From Verrucomicrobiota bacterium (lineage in GTDB: Bacteria; Verrucomicrobiota; Verrucomicrobiia; Opitutales; Cerasicoccaceae): a stretch of 64,000 nt of DNA. Location: the NCBI GenBank assembly GCA_039818205.1, contig JBCBUK010000003.1, positions 96,001-160,000 on the forward strand, written 5' to 3'. The position numbers and the translations under genes were made by a program. Position 1 is the stretch's first letter. Each line of letters starts with the position of its first letter. The notes under the pieces are model-generated. The model was not told where the DNA came from. It was given only the letters and a program-made list of their open reading frames with translations, and searched no databases. Positions 1 through 9,251 of this stretch are shown here, piece after piece.

Positions 1-1310
1 TCTTCTAAACTACGCACACGCTGGAGGTAGCCGTCGAGTGCATCAGCCCGCGCCCCAGGACGGCTCGCAGACACCGCATCGGCCACGCGCAGAAGCCCGG
101 CATAGACGCTTGATGGCGCGACCTCATCGTGGGATGCCGCAACGGCATTCACCACGCGCTCATCTTCACCGTAGCGCTTGAGGAGCATCGCAGCGCTGGC
201 GGCGTGGCTTCCTTCGTAGTCATGGTCGATTGCCTTGCCTAAGTCATGGAACAATCCACAGCGTTTGGCGAGGTCGGGGTCGAGCCCCAGCTCGGAGGCA
301 ATGAGCGAACAGAAAAACGCGACCTCGATGGAATGTTCGAGAGTGTTTTGATTGTTCGACAAGCGATAGTGAAGCTTACCAAGCAGCGTGACGATTTCGG
401 GATGAACGTTGTGCAACCGCAGCTTCAGCAAGGCGCGTTCTCCGAGTTCGATAACGTTGTCTTTAAATTCGTCGCGGACACTGGTGACCGTTTCTTCGAT
501 CGATACCGGGTGAATCCGGCCATCGCGAATCAATCGATCCAGAGCAATGCGGGCGATCTCGCGGCGCACGGGATCAAAGGATGAAACGAGAAGCGAGTTG
601 GGCGTTTCATCGATCATCAAGGTCACACCGGTGGCGGATTCGATGGCCCGGATGTTGCGACCTTCCCGTCCGATAATCCTCCCCTTCATATCCTCATTCG
701 GGATTTGCACCATGGTGGCGCTAATCTCGTTGGGCGGGGTTGCCGTGATGCGCTGCATCGTGTCAATCAGGATGCGTTGCGCTTCCTTGCGGTAGGCGCG
801 CTCGCTTTCGAGCAGCACGTCGCGTTTGATCTCTTGGATGGATTCGTCTTCATTGATGCGAACCTCGTCCTTCCAGCAATCAATGGCCTCCTCTTTGGTG
901 AGCCCCGTCATTTTGCGCAAGCGGCTGCGATAGGTGTCGCGGTATCGTTTTACGCGGCGCATCTCCTGGGCCAGTCGGGAAACCGATTTTGTCCGCCGCT
1001 CTTCGCGGTCAATCAGTTCGGCTTCGCGATCGGCGAGAACTGATTCTCGTTTACGGATATCCGTTTCGCGCTGATGGAGGATTTCGTTGCGACTGCTGAG
1101 ATCCTCTTCGGTCTTCTTGTATTTCTCCTGCTGCTCTTCAACGACGTCGACTCGGATTTGTCGCGCCGCCTGTTCTTGTTCTTCCAGCTCTTCTTGATGC
1201 CTTGCTTTCAAGCGGGATGCGGAGAACGTCCAAAACACCCAAATTAGCCCAGCACCAATGAGCGCACCTATTAGGAGCGCGGTGAGGATCTGAGAGTTAA
1301 TTTCAATCAT
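1..1310 (-). CDS. rny: Ribonuclease Y (3' end runs off the window; not in the ORF track)
   Basis: Hand translation from the ATG at 1310 gives an N-terminal TM helix (MIEINSQILTALLIGALIGAGLIWVFW), a coiled coil, the KH motif MKGRIIGREGRNIRAIESATGVTLMIDETP and the HD motif GLFHDLGKAIDHDYEGSHA. Confidence 0.95.
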   Translation of the reverse strand, partial: MIEINSQILTALLIGALIGAGLIWVFWTFSASRLKARHQEELEEQEQAARQIRVDVVEEQQEKYKKTEEDLSSRNEILHQRETDIRKRESVLADREAELIDREERRTKSVSRLAQEMRRVKRYRDTYRSRLRKMTGLTKEEAIDCWKDEVRINEDESIQEIKRDVLLESERAYRKEAQRILIDTMQRITATPPNEISATMVQIPNEDMKGRIIGREGRNIRAIESATGVTLMIDETPNSLLVSSFDPVRREIARIALDRLIRDGRIHPVSIEETVTSVRDEFKDNVIELGERALLKLRLHNVHPEIVTLLGKLHYRLSNNQNTLEHSIEVAFFCSLIASELGLDPDLAKRCGLFHDLGKAIDHDYEGSHAASAAMLLKRYGEDERVVNAVAASHDEVAPSSVYAGLLRVADAVSASRPGARADALDGYLQRVRSLE

Positions 1311-1366
1311 CGAGGCTTGCGAACAAACCTGCGAGGATGGGGAAATGCACGAGGGGGTAAACAACA

Positions 1367-1396
1367 AACATAGATATCAACCGCCCACAATGGCAA
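1367..1396 (-). promoter_or_regulatory. Possible sigma70-type promoter for rny
   Basis: Minus strand TTGCCA-N18-TATGTT, about 57 nt upstream of the ATG. Confidence 0.3.
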
Positions 1397-1406
1397 GCCA
1401 CTTATG

Positions 1407-3059
1407 TTACTCGCTCCCGCGCTCGATTCTTGCGGTTTGGATCTCCGGGACGACTTGCGCTATGACCGTTTGCAGGCGTTCAAGCGCCGGTTCAGTCCCA
1501 TCCAGGCTATCCGTTTGGGCAAAGAGGTAGGCCCAGCGGTGGCTCTGGAGGCGTGTAAGTCGGTCCCAGGCAAACCACGCCAGCCGTTCCGAGTTCGTAG
1601 CCGCAATGCGGTTCTGGCCCACAAACCAGTATGCAAATAGCCCGGGAATGCGTTGCTCCGTTCCATCGGGTAGTTGCTGAGTACGCTCAATCTCGAGGAC
1701 AGTGGCTTTGAGCCCACCGGTCATCCCGGGGATTGAAAACTCATGGAAAAACTTTCCCTCGATGGTCCACCCCTGGCCAACGAGGCAGATTTCCGGGCGA
1801 TGGATTGCAGCCCGGCCTCCGCCACTGAGCACGATCGAGAAGTATACGTAGTCCCCGGGTTTCTCGAGGCTTAGGTAGTGGCTGCGAGAATAGCCTGTGT
1901 CTGGGGGCAGAACCTTGCGCTCGATTTCAGAAACGGGCGCAGAACGGCCGACCCAGTCGATGCCCAACATCGCAGGGAGGGCCACGGGCTGGCTCTTGTC
2001 CCGAGCCAGGCGGACGCCGGCCTTGGCGCTATGGCCCAGGCTATCGATTTTAGAAGCAAGCGCGATCGACAGTCCGATTCCGAGAATGACCAGACTCGCG
2101 ATCGCAATGAGTCCTGACCGTTTGAGTGCCGGGATAGGCTTTTTTTCGCCCTGAGGTGTTACTTTCTCGGGCAGCCATTTTTCCAGGGCCGAAACCGTGG
2201 CGAGTGCAAAGCCCAAAACGATCACGAATACCAGGAAGCCAAACCATTCGTGGACGACCAGTCCGGCGTCTTGACCGAACCATTCTGCGGCGATGATGAT
2301 GGCAAAAATTCGAATTACGTTTCCGACGTAGGCGAACGGAAAGGCCAGGAAGAAAAGGAGGCCGCGGCGCCACCAGGACCGGAAACAACAGTAGCCGACC
2401 AAGAGTGACAACGCGGCGAGTGCAACCAGCGAACGGATCCCGGAGCAGGCAGGTTCCACGTCGTAGTTGAATGACCCATCCGGCGATACCAGATGGGTGC
2501 CGTTGCGGATCACCTCAATTCCGAGTAGGTGGGCGATTGCCGTCGCGCTCTGGATGACGGCTAGACGCAGGAAGAATCCAAATTCGTCAAAAAGAAACTC
2601 CAGGGGCAGGGCAAAGAGCATGAAGGCGAGGGGGAAGGCGGTTGCCCTTCCAGCCCGTGTCCCGCCAGCAAGCCAGGCGAGACCGTTGATGAAAACCAGC
2701 AGGCCGATAATTGATAAGCGCGCCTGCTCGACAATGAGTCCACCGGCGTGAAGGCCCAACCCGCTCATCAGGAGGATGCCAGCCGGGATGATTCGCGGCT
2801 GGACCGATACCTCGGGCGAGCGGCGCCAGTTCCAGATAGATAGACCGATGGCGGCAAGCAGCACCACGGGACCATACTCTGTTTGGCTTCGAGGATTGGT
2901 CCATTGGTGAGTCCACCAAACAAAAATTGAGCTGGTGTCGACGTAGGTTCGGACATTGTTGCCGAAGAACTGCCAAAGGACAAAACCGGCTAGACCCAGG
3001 AAAGCGGTCAAAATCCATGCTTGTTGGCGCGACGCCTCGACTGTCAGGGGTTTAGCCAT
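1407..3059 (-). CDS. Exosortase (EpsH-type) fused to a C-terminal EpsI-family periplasmic domain
   Basis: About 8 TM helices; catalytic triad contexts EPACSGIRSL (Cys), GNVIRIF (Arg) and HEWFG (His); the C-terminal domain has the EpsI-like HRPEICLVGQGW motif. Confidence 0.9.
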   Translation of the reverse strand: MAKPLTVEASRQQAWILTAFLGLAGFVLWQFFGNNVRTYVDTSSIFVWWTHQWTNPRSQTEYGPVVLLAAIGLSIWNWRRSPEVSVQPRIIPAGILLMSGLGLHAGGLIVEQARLSIIGLLVFINGLAWLAGGTRAGRATAFPLAFMLFALPLEFLFDEFGFFLRLAVIQSATAIAHLLGIEVIRNGTHLVSPDGSFNYDVEPACSGIRSLVALAALSLLVGYCCFRSWWRRGLLFFLAFPFAYVGNVIRIFAIIIAAEWFGQDAGLVVHEWFGFLVFVIVLGFALATVSALEKWLPEKVTPQGEKKPIPALKRSGLIAIASLVILGIGLSIALASKIDSLGHSAKAGVRLARDKSQPVALPAMLGIDWVGRSAPVSEIERKVLPPDTGYSRSHYLSLEKPGDYVYFSIVLSGGGRAAIHRPEICLVGQGWTIEGKFFHEFSIPGMTGGLKATVLEIERTQQLPDGTEQRIPGLFAYWFVGQNRIAATNSERLAWFAWDRLTRLQSHRWAYLFAQTDSLDGTEPALERLQTVIAQVVPEIQTARIERGSE

Positions 3060-4125
3060 TCTCGGATGAGTCTCTCTCGGTTATCGTGCAATCTGGCAAG
3101 TTCTTCTTTAGCCATGGGACCAAGCTCGCACGGATGCGATCTGGGCTTAGGCGTGTCATGCACTGCGGTTCCTCGAAGCGACAATAGTCCCGGCAGGGGA
3201 AGAAGGGACATTGGGGGTCGTGGACGATGGTGGCATCGGGGTGCAAGGGCCGGAACCAGCGAGGTTCGGTGGGCCCAAAAACCGCGAACACGGGCGTATC
3301 AACCGCGGCAGCCAGGTGTGCCGGCCCGGAATCATGACCGAGCATGGCGTCCGCCTGCGCCAAGGTTGCCGCGAGTGCTTGAACGGATAGGTTATCGAGG
3401 AAGGCGTCAGCGATCCCGTCGAGCGATTTCCCATGTCCTATTGGATCGGGGATGACAATCAGGCTAAAATTGAAATTCTGGCGGAGCGCTTCGACTACGG
3501 TCCGCCAGGAGGCTTCTGGCCAAAGGCGGGCTGGCTTGCCGGCACCAGTGTGCAGGACGATCCAGGGGCGAGGAAGTTCGGCTAGTTGGGTGGGTATGGC
3601 CTTGCAATACGCATCGCCAGGTAATGACGGCTGAGATTCGTTGGACGTAAGGCCAGCGTGCTCGATGAGCGCATTCCAGTCCTCCCAGCGATGCCTCGGA
3701 GTTTCTGACCAGTCGATAGCTTGGTTGAGAAACGCAGCGCTCCAGGAGTGGCGAAAACTATAGCGTTTTCTGACGCCAGCTAAGGAAAGCAATAGATGAT
3801 CGCGCGGATCGCGACGGGGTGAGAATCCGCATTCAAACTTTTGTTGGCGAAGCCCGCTAATGACTTTCAGTAGCGATTTCCAGTCCCATCGCCACAGGTG
3901 ATACTTGCCACGAAATGCCGTCCACGGTGCGGTCCACTCAATCCAGCTAACCTGGGGGAACGCGGGCGAAAGCAAGGCTATCGTCGCTGGTTTGGTGACC
4001 ACCGTAACCGATTTCCCGGAGTCGATGGCGGCCCTCAACGCAGAGCTCATGAGGATGGCATCGCCAAGGCCCCATAGCTCAAGAAAGAGCCACTTCTCGG
4101 GGATGCTCGCGTCTTGCCTTGTCAT
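3052..4125 (-). CDS. Glycosyltransferase family 9 (heptosyltransferase-like)
   Basis: LGDAIL, HTGAGKPARLWP and HDSGPAHLAAAVDTPVFAVFGPT motifs; Cys-rich tail (CPFFPCRDYC). Start placed at ATG 4125 to avoid overlap with the divergent gene. Confidence 0.88.
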   Translation of the reverse strand: MTRQDASIPEKWLFLELWGLGDAILMSSALRAAIDSGKSVTVVTKPATIALLSPAFPQVSWIEWTAPWTAFRGKYHLWRWDWKSLLKVISGLRQQKFECGFSPRRDPRDHLLLSLAGVRKRYSFRHSWSAAFLNQAIDWSETPRHRWEDWNALIEHAGLTSNESQPSLPGDAYCKAIPTQLAELPRPWIVLHTGAGKPARLWPEASWRTVVEALRQNFNFSLIVIPDPIGHGKSLDGIADAFLDNLSVQALAATLAQADAMLGHDSGPAHLAAAVDTPVFAVFGPTEPRWFRPLHPDATIVHDPQCPFFPCRDYCRFEEPQCMTRLSPDRIRASLVPWLKKNLPDCTITERDSSENG

Positions 4126-4161
4126 GATTGAATGCCGTGACGCTGTCGTAAGCGCGGGCAG

Positions 4162-5691
4162 ATGGCCAAGCAAAAATGGTTCGCCTGGTCGCTGGGTATC
4201 AACATGCTACGGGCCATGTATCTAGCTCCGGCAGTGGTGCGACCGATGGTGACGGTGGGCGGCATGCTCGCCGCAGTTGCTCTGGGTTTGCAGTTTGGCT
4301 GGGGTAGCATCATCGAGATGGTGGTAATCTGCGCAGCGCTTGCCTATGGGCTCCTCGCCGCGGTGTTCCGCTGCCGCTGGGAATCCCTCTTCATTGGTTT
4401 GCTGGTCTTTGGCTATTTGGTCGGAAATCGGGGATTCGCTCAGTTTATGCCAATTGGTCTGCCCTTACTTCCAGGGGAGGCCGGGGTGCTGATTGTCGCA
4501 GTCGCGTTGGTAGTCCGGGTACCGCTTGAGCGTGATTTCCCCTTTCGCTTAACCGCGTTGACGGTTCTGATTGGATTCTGGATCGCGACCTCGGCGGTCC
4601 ATATGTTGTTTGACCTGCCATCTTCGGGATTTTTGGCGATCCGCGATTTCGCCATGGTCTACTACGCGTTGTTTTATTTTGCCGGGGTTTCATTGGCGGA
4701 TCATCGAAACTCAATCTTGGTCATCGAGTGGGCGCTCGGCATCGGCTATTTCTTGATGAGCCTAGGCTGGATGTTGTCATCGTTGTGGCCGACCATTTTT
4801 GACTGGCTCACCTGGAAGGGGATTCCGCTGATCTTTTACAAAGGTGACTTGGTTGGCATGTTCGCCGCGACCGGTGTACTCTTCTACTATGGCTTGATTG
4901 AGCGAAGCCGCGACCGGATAGAGCGCATTGGTTTGACGATATTGATGGGTGTCTCGGCTGGGACATTGGCTTTATCGATGTCGCGCGCGGCGATGCTGGG
5001 TCTCGCCTTTGCGATTTTGGTTCTGCTCATCGCGGGACGCTGGCAGATTTTGGTTCGCTTAGCAGTTGTTGGTTTGGTCGGTTCCTGTCTGGTGATCGCG
5101 TCGGACATGCTGCAAGGCCGGGACCTAAATGAATCGCCGCTTTACGGGATGTTCGAGCACTCAGTTTCGTTGATCGATTTCTCCGGCACCTACCAATACC
5201 AGAACCCCGATTCCATTGATACGGGGGACAATAACCGCTTCCGCATCGTTTGGTGGGAATCGCTGTTTGATCACGTTATGGAGAAGGCTCCGATCCAGGG
5301 GTTAGGATTTGGATACGACCTCGCGAACCCGTTTATCCAGGAGTATTATCCATTGGGTAATGAGACATTCCAAACACGGAGCCCGCACAATTTTCTCCTC
5401 AGCGTTTTTGGCCGAACGGGATTTATTGGCGTAATTTTCTGGGCGCTTATTTTGATCGTTTGGATCTCACAAACTTGGTCCAAGACTCGCAATGCCTGGC
5501 TGGAGAAACATGCGGGACGCGCGCTGATTTACAACCTCATGGCGTGGGCAATATTTATTGGCGCGATCTTCCAAGTGGTGCTGGAAGGACCGATGGGAGC
5601 GGTGCTTTTCTGGTTGTTCTTGGGGCTTTCTCAAACCACACGGTTGGCCAACACCCAAACTCCGAAACCAGCCGAGGAATCGACAGCCTAG
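4162..5691 (+). CDS. O-antigen ligase / Wzy_C-family polytopic membrane protein
   Basis: About 12 TM helices, SMSRAA motif, a large periplasmic loop with R..W, GLGFG and RSPHNFLL (conserved His). Start uncertain (4162 or 4204). Confidence 0.8.
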   Translation: MAKQKWFAWSLGINMLRAMYLAPAVVRPMVTVGGMLAAVALGLQFGWGSIIEMVVICAALAYGLLAAVFRCRWESLFIGLLVFGYLVGNRGFAQFMPIGLPLLPGEAGVLIVAVALVVRVPLERDFPFRLTALTVLIGFWIATSAVHMLFDLPSSGFLAIRDFAMVYYALFYFAGVSLADHRNSILVIEWALGIGYFLMSLGWMLSSLWPTIFDWLTWKGIPLIFYKGDLVGMFAATGVLFYYGLIERSRDRIERIGLTILMGVSAGTLALSMSRAAMLGLAFAILVLLIAGRWQILVRLAVVGLVGSCLVIASDMLQGRDLNESPLYGMFEHSVSLIDFSGTYQYQNPDSIDTGDNNRFRIVWWESLFDHVMEKAPIQGLGFGYDLANPFIQEYYPLGNETFQTRSPHNFLLSVFGRTGFIGVIFWALILIVWISQTWSKTRNAWLEKHAGRALIYNLMAWAIFIGAIFQVVLEGPMGAVLFWLFLGLSQTTRLANTQTPKPAEESTA

Positions 5692-6332
5692 AAACCGTTG
5701 AGGCTGTTCGGCGCCTCTTCCATTTCTTTCTCGTGTTTGGTTCGGCTCAGATAGGCGTCAAAATCGACGTCAAACAGGACCAAATATGAACCATTTTGCT
5801 GGGCGAGCAGCTGATTGTCTGAGCGAAACAGGTTGTGCTTGAGAAGGGGTTTGTAGTCCTTGCTTGGGTAAGCGTCGGTGGGCAGGGTTCCACGATTCCA
5901 AGTGCCGTCGCCTCGATTTAGGAGAAGGAGCCCATTGCTCTCGGCCTCTGTTAGTCCAGAGCTGCGCTTATAGGCTTCAAAGACTGATTGTCCACGAGCA
6001 TAGACAACGAAAATCAACCACCCGTCGGGGTTGGCGACCGGGCGTTCGCGGTCGTCGAGGACGCGACTACTATAAGCTTTGCCGCCGTCTGCAGTCTTAT
6101 AGTAAAGCACCATTTCGTAGGTATCACTTTCTGGATCCAGGGTGTCTTTGAACGGTGATTTTTTGAAGTGCTGCTCAAAAACTTCGTCATCCAGTAGCTT
6201 TACTGCGCCGCCTTCGGTCAGCAAGCGACGTTCGAGCGTTGAACGGCTATCGCCGACGCGGGCGTTGGCTAGTTGAATACCCAAGCAACAGGCTAGGGCG
6301 ATGACGGATAGACGAGGCAACAAGGATTTCAT
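5688..6332 (-). CDS. Secreted hypothetical protein
   Basis: Signal-peptide-like MKSLLPRLSVIALACCLGIQLANA at ATG 6332, then a globular, well-formed sequence; no family recognised. Confidence 0.7.
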   Translation of the reverse strand: MKSLLPRLSVIALACCLGIQLANARVGDSRSTLERRLLTEGGAVKLLDDEVFEQHFKKSPFKDTLDPESDTYEMVLYYKTADGGKAYSSRVLDDRERPVANPDGWLIFVVYARGQSVFEAYKRSSGLTEAESNGLLLLNRGDGTWNRGTLPTDAYPSKDYKPLLKHNLFRSDNQLLAQQNGSYLVLFDVDFDAYLSRTKHEKEMEEAPNSLNGF

Positions 6333-6436
6333 CCTAAAATCGTAGGTTGAGGATTTGGTGGGAGCAAGCATGCATCCCACGATATTGGGAAGCGCATACC
6401 ATTGACTTAATATCACTTCGGGGCTATGTTTACTCC

Positions 6437-6718
6437 ATGCAACCAGCCAAGCATTCACTCGTTCGACTGTGCTTCGGTTATGTGTTGATTGCGCTTTCGA
6501 CGACCTTGTGGTTGATCGCTCCCTGGCCATGGTGGATCCCGGGTCTCGACATCCTGACGCGTGCCCTCGCGGGTTTGTCGCTGATCGCTTCGGCAGAACT
6601 GAGTTTTTACCTCGGCCTATGGGTTCTGGGACCGGGCGAAGCTGAGCATTTTTATCGCTGGGCGCGGTTTAAGCGCGGCTTCCGACGCCTGATGGATTAT
6701 TTGGCGCTCAAATGGTGA
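6437..6718 (+). CDS. Small two-TM membrane protein (resembles 'transporter suffix domain' proteins)
   Basis: Pattern G..LI.LS..LW...PW.../ AE..F.LG...LG followed by a basic tail; 93 aa from ATG 6437; overlaps the convergent gene by 22 nt. Confidence 0.6.
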   Translation: MQPAKHSLVRLCFGYVLIALSTTLWLIAPWPWWIPGLDILTRALAGLSLIASAELSFYLGLWVLGPGEAEHFYRWARFKRGFRRLMDYLALKW

Positions 6719-7317
6719 CGTTGGCGCTGCCAGGAATCCAGATCATCGACGTCTTCGAGCGTGCTCAGCGACATCCCGTGCCAACCCGCTTGGTTGGCTC
6801 GGGTAATTGTTTCATCAAAGACTTTCTCTGTGCTCCAAGGCATGTCCTCGAATAGACTCGGCAGCGTGGCTTTGAGCCCGAGCAAGGTGTAGCCGCCGTC
6901 ACGGGCCGGTCCGATGACGAAGTCTTTCGAATCGAGAAAACGGTCGGCTTCCTGCAGGTACGGCGTGACCAAGCCGGGGCAGTCCGCGCCCATGAGAAAT
7001 ACTTTATGGGCTCCTTGATCCAACGCTCTTTGGGCGGCAGCTATTAGTCGGGCGCCGAGGTCGCCAGCGGGCTGTGCCTGATAGCTATCGGCACCCGGAA
7101 GCCAGGCGCGAAATTCCGCTTCGGCATCGGCCGGTGCATAGTGGATGTTGCGAAGCCAGGATGGGGGCAACTGAGCCCACTGATGTTCGACTAACCGTCG
7201 GTAGATAGCAACGGCTTCATCATTACCGCCTTCTAAATCTGCCGCCAAGCGGGTTTTGACGAGTCCCGGTCGCGGCGCCTTGAGCATCAATGCAACGTGG
7301 GTGGCGGGCTCACTCAA
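6697..7317 (-). CDS. TIGR04282/DUF2064 family transferase (rSAM/arsenosugar-associated; CofC/MobA-like nucleotidyltransferase fold)
   Basis: KAPRPGLVKTRLA, QPAGDLGARL, GADCP, IGPARDGGYTLLGL, MPWST and DVDD motifs; the TTG start at 7317 overlaps the upstream stop. Confidence 0.9.
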   Translation of the reverse strand: MSEPATHVALMLKAPRPGLVKTRLAADLEGGNDEAVAIYRRLVEHQWAQLPPSWLRNIHYAPADAEAEFRAWLPGADSYQAQPAGDLGARLIAAAQRALDQGAHKVFLMGADCPGLVTPYLQEADRFLDSKDFVIGPARDGGYTLLGLKATLPSLFEDMPWSTEKVFDETITRANQAGWHGMSLSTLEDVDDLDSWQRQRHHLSAK

Positions 7318-8083
7318 AACGATAGACAAAGTTTGAGAACGGATAGCCACCTTCGGGTTCAGCTAAACCCAGCACCAGGTGGTCAAAGAATGATTTGCTC
7401 GCGGCAAGGTTGCCCTGCAGCTCTTCAATGGGAGTTGGGGTCGTTTGAACGCCATTGGCGTAGTCGACACCAAAACACACGAGCGAGTAGGGGAGCTCCA
7501 ATTCATTGGCGAGAACCGCTTCTGGTCCGCAGGTTTGCGAGATGAAGTCAACGCCGGCCGCTTGAAGCGCTTTGATTTCCGATTTCGTGTTAAACCGTGG
7601 GCCATTTACATGGCCGTATACGCCCTCGGAAGCTGCCTGCATGGATTGCCCTTCGGCCAGGGATTGGATCGCCGCATTGAGCGAATGGTTCACCAGGCTT
7701 TCAGCGAGAAGGTGGCCACGAGCGGGATCACCCGCTTGGTCGAAAATGGTGCAAATCTCGCCGCTCGACAATCGATTGTCGGGAAAATGGATGTCTTTAG
7801 CCACTAGTGGCTGCCCCAGGGGGAGGTTTGGGTCCAGAATCCCAACCACGGAAAGCGAAACGATGGCAGTGGCTCCGGCTTGCTTCAGGGCAACAAGGTT
7901 AGCCTGGTGGTTGATGTGGTTCGGAAGATTTGTATGCTGTGCGCCATGACGGGGAAGCAACAGGGCTTTCCGGTCACCGATCGTGCCCGCCAGGAATTGC
8001 GCCTCACCAAAAGGCGTTTCCACATACTGAACATCCAAACCGGCAAAATCGTAGAAGCCGGATCCCGTAATGAATGCGATCAT
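7310..8083 (-). CDS. MTAP-family purine nucleoside phosphorylase (divergent active-site motif)
   Basis: ITGSG, ETPFG, LPRHGAQH..P..INHQAN, GPRFNTKSE, PEAVLANELELPY and VDYAN motifs. Confidence 0.88.
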   Translation of the reverse strand: MIAFITGSGFYDFAGLDVQYVETPFGEAQFLAGTIGDRKALLLPRHGAQHTNLPNHINHQANLVALKQAGATAIVSLSVVGILDPNLPLGQPLVAKDIHFPDNRLSSGEICTIFDQAGDPARGHLLAESLVNHSLNAAIQSLAEGQSMQAASEGVYGHVNGPRFNTKSEIKALQAAGVDFISQTCGPEAVLANELELPYSLVCFGVDYANGVQTTPTPIEELQGNLAASKSFFDHLVLGLAEPEGGYPFSNFVYRFE

Positions 8084-8086
8084 GGC

Positions 8087-9244
8087 CTAGCAGCAAGATC
8101 CGCCACCACCTTCGCAGCAGCTGGATGCATCATTGGTCGCCTGGTAATCTCGGCCCTTGGTTTCCCGAGGATCGCGTCGCTGATCCGGCGCAGAATCAAA
8201 TGGTTTCGCTACCTGAGGATCAATGATCTGCCGTGGCTCAATAAATTCGAAATTACCGGCATAGGGAGATTGTTGGAGAAGCTGAAAGGTTTTGTCGCAG
8301 ACTGCTTGGCGGACGCCGCGCAGGTAGCAATGGTTGTCATCGTCGTAGACCTCACTAAAAGGCCCCTTGTAGATTACTGCTTGATTGCAGTCCCAGCACT
8401 CACCCTGTTTGCCCTTGAATGCACGCAGGGTCATGGAGCGGAATTCGATCCCCTGCACCGTGCGCCAGGGTTCTTGGTCGAGCTTGAGGATCTCGATCCC
8501 GTAAAAGCCAGCGTCTTCAAATGCCTGGATAAAATCTTCTTCAGTCATGGCTCCCGAAATGCAGCCACTCCACAGATCGGGGTCTTGCTGCATCTCTTCC
8601 GGGACGGGCTCATCGGCAACGATGTCAGAAATCACCGCCCGGCCACCAAGCTTTAGGACTCGGAAAATCTCTTCAAATAGCTGTCGCTTCTCGCGGCCTT
8701 CGACAAGGTTGAGTACGCAATTGGAAACCACGACATCGACCGAATCGTCTTCGATCAGCGGCTGCTTCGTGCGAATGCTTTCCGCTACCTCGTTGAGTGC
8801 CTCGTATTGGGACAAGCTGGTGATGGGGCGCTCCTTGAGCTCTTGATCAAGTGTCTTGAGGTCCAACTTAAGGTCCTGGATGCGGCCCTTGCGAAACTCA
8901 ACGTTTGCGTATCCGAGCTTCTCAGCGATGACTGGAGCATTACGGTTGGCAACCTCGAGCATGTCGTCGGTCATGTCGACGCCGATTACTCGGCCCTCTG
9001 GCCCGACTACTTGAGAGGCAATGAAACAGATCTTTCCGGCGCCGGATCCCAGATCGAGCACGGTTTCTCCAGGCTGCACGTAGCGGGACGGATCGCCGCA
9101 GCCGTAGTCCTTAGCGATCACTTCTTCGGGGATAATCTCCAAATACTTCGGATCATAGTTTACTGGGCAGCAGAGCGCTTGCTCGCGCTCTTTGGCGGCC
9201 TCAGCGTAGCGGTTCATTACAGATGTTTGAGTATTCATTGCCAT
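8087..9244 (-). CDS. arsM: Arsenite S-adenosylmethionine methyltransferase (long form)
   Basis: LCCP, YGCG, VLDLGSGAG (SAM motif I), VIGVDMT, SNCVLNL and WSGCISGA (ArsM-type Cys set); Cys-rich C-terminus SSCCEGGGGSCC. Start 9244 or 9238. Confidence 0.88.
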   Translation of the reverse strand: MAMNTQTSVMNRYAEAAKEREQALCCPVNYDPKYLEIIPEEVIAKDYGCGDPSRYVQPGETVLDLGSGAGKICFIASQVVGPEGRVIGVDMTDDMLEVANRNAPVIAEKLGYANVEFRKGRIQDLKLDLKTLDQELKERPITSLSQYEALNEVAESIRTKQPLIEDDSVDVVVSNCVLNLVEGREKRQLFEEIFRVLKLGGRAVISDIVADEPVPEEMQQDPDLWSGCISGAMTEEDFIQAFEDAGFYGIEILKLDQEPWRTVQGIEFRSMTLRAFKGKQGECWDCNQAVIYKGPFSEVYDDDNHCYLRGVRQAVCDKTFQLLQQSPYAGNFEFIEPRQIIDPQVAKPFDSAPDQRRDPRETKGRDYQATNDASSCCEGGGGSCC

Positions 9245-9251
9245 GTCTAAA

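Noticed and set aside
246..1043. Plus-strand ORFs of 82-112 aa
   Set aside because: Antisense shadows of rny, which the ORF track missed because it runs off the window.
7880..8656. 258-aa plus-strand ORF
   Set aside because: Antisense to arsM/MTAP with no motifs; typical shadow ORF.
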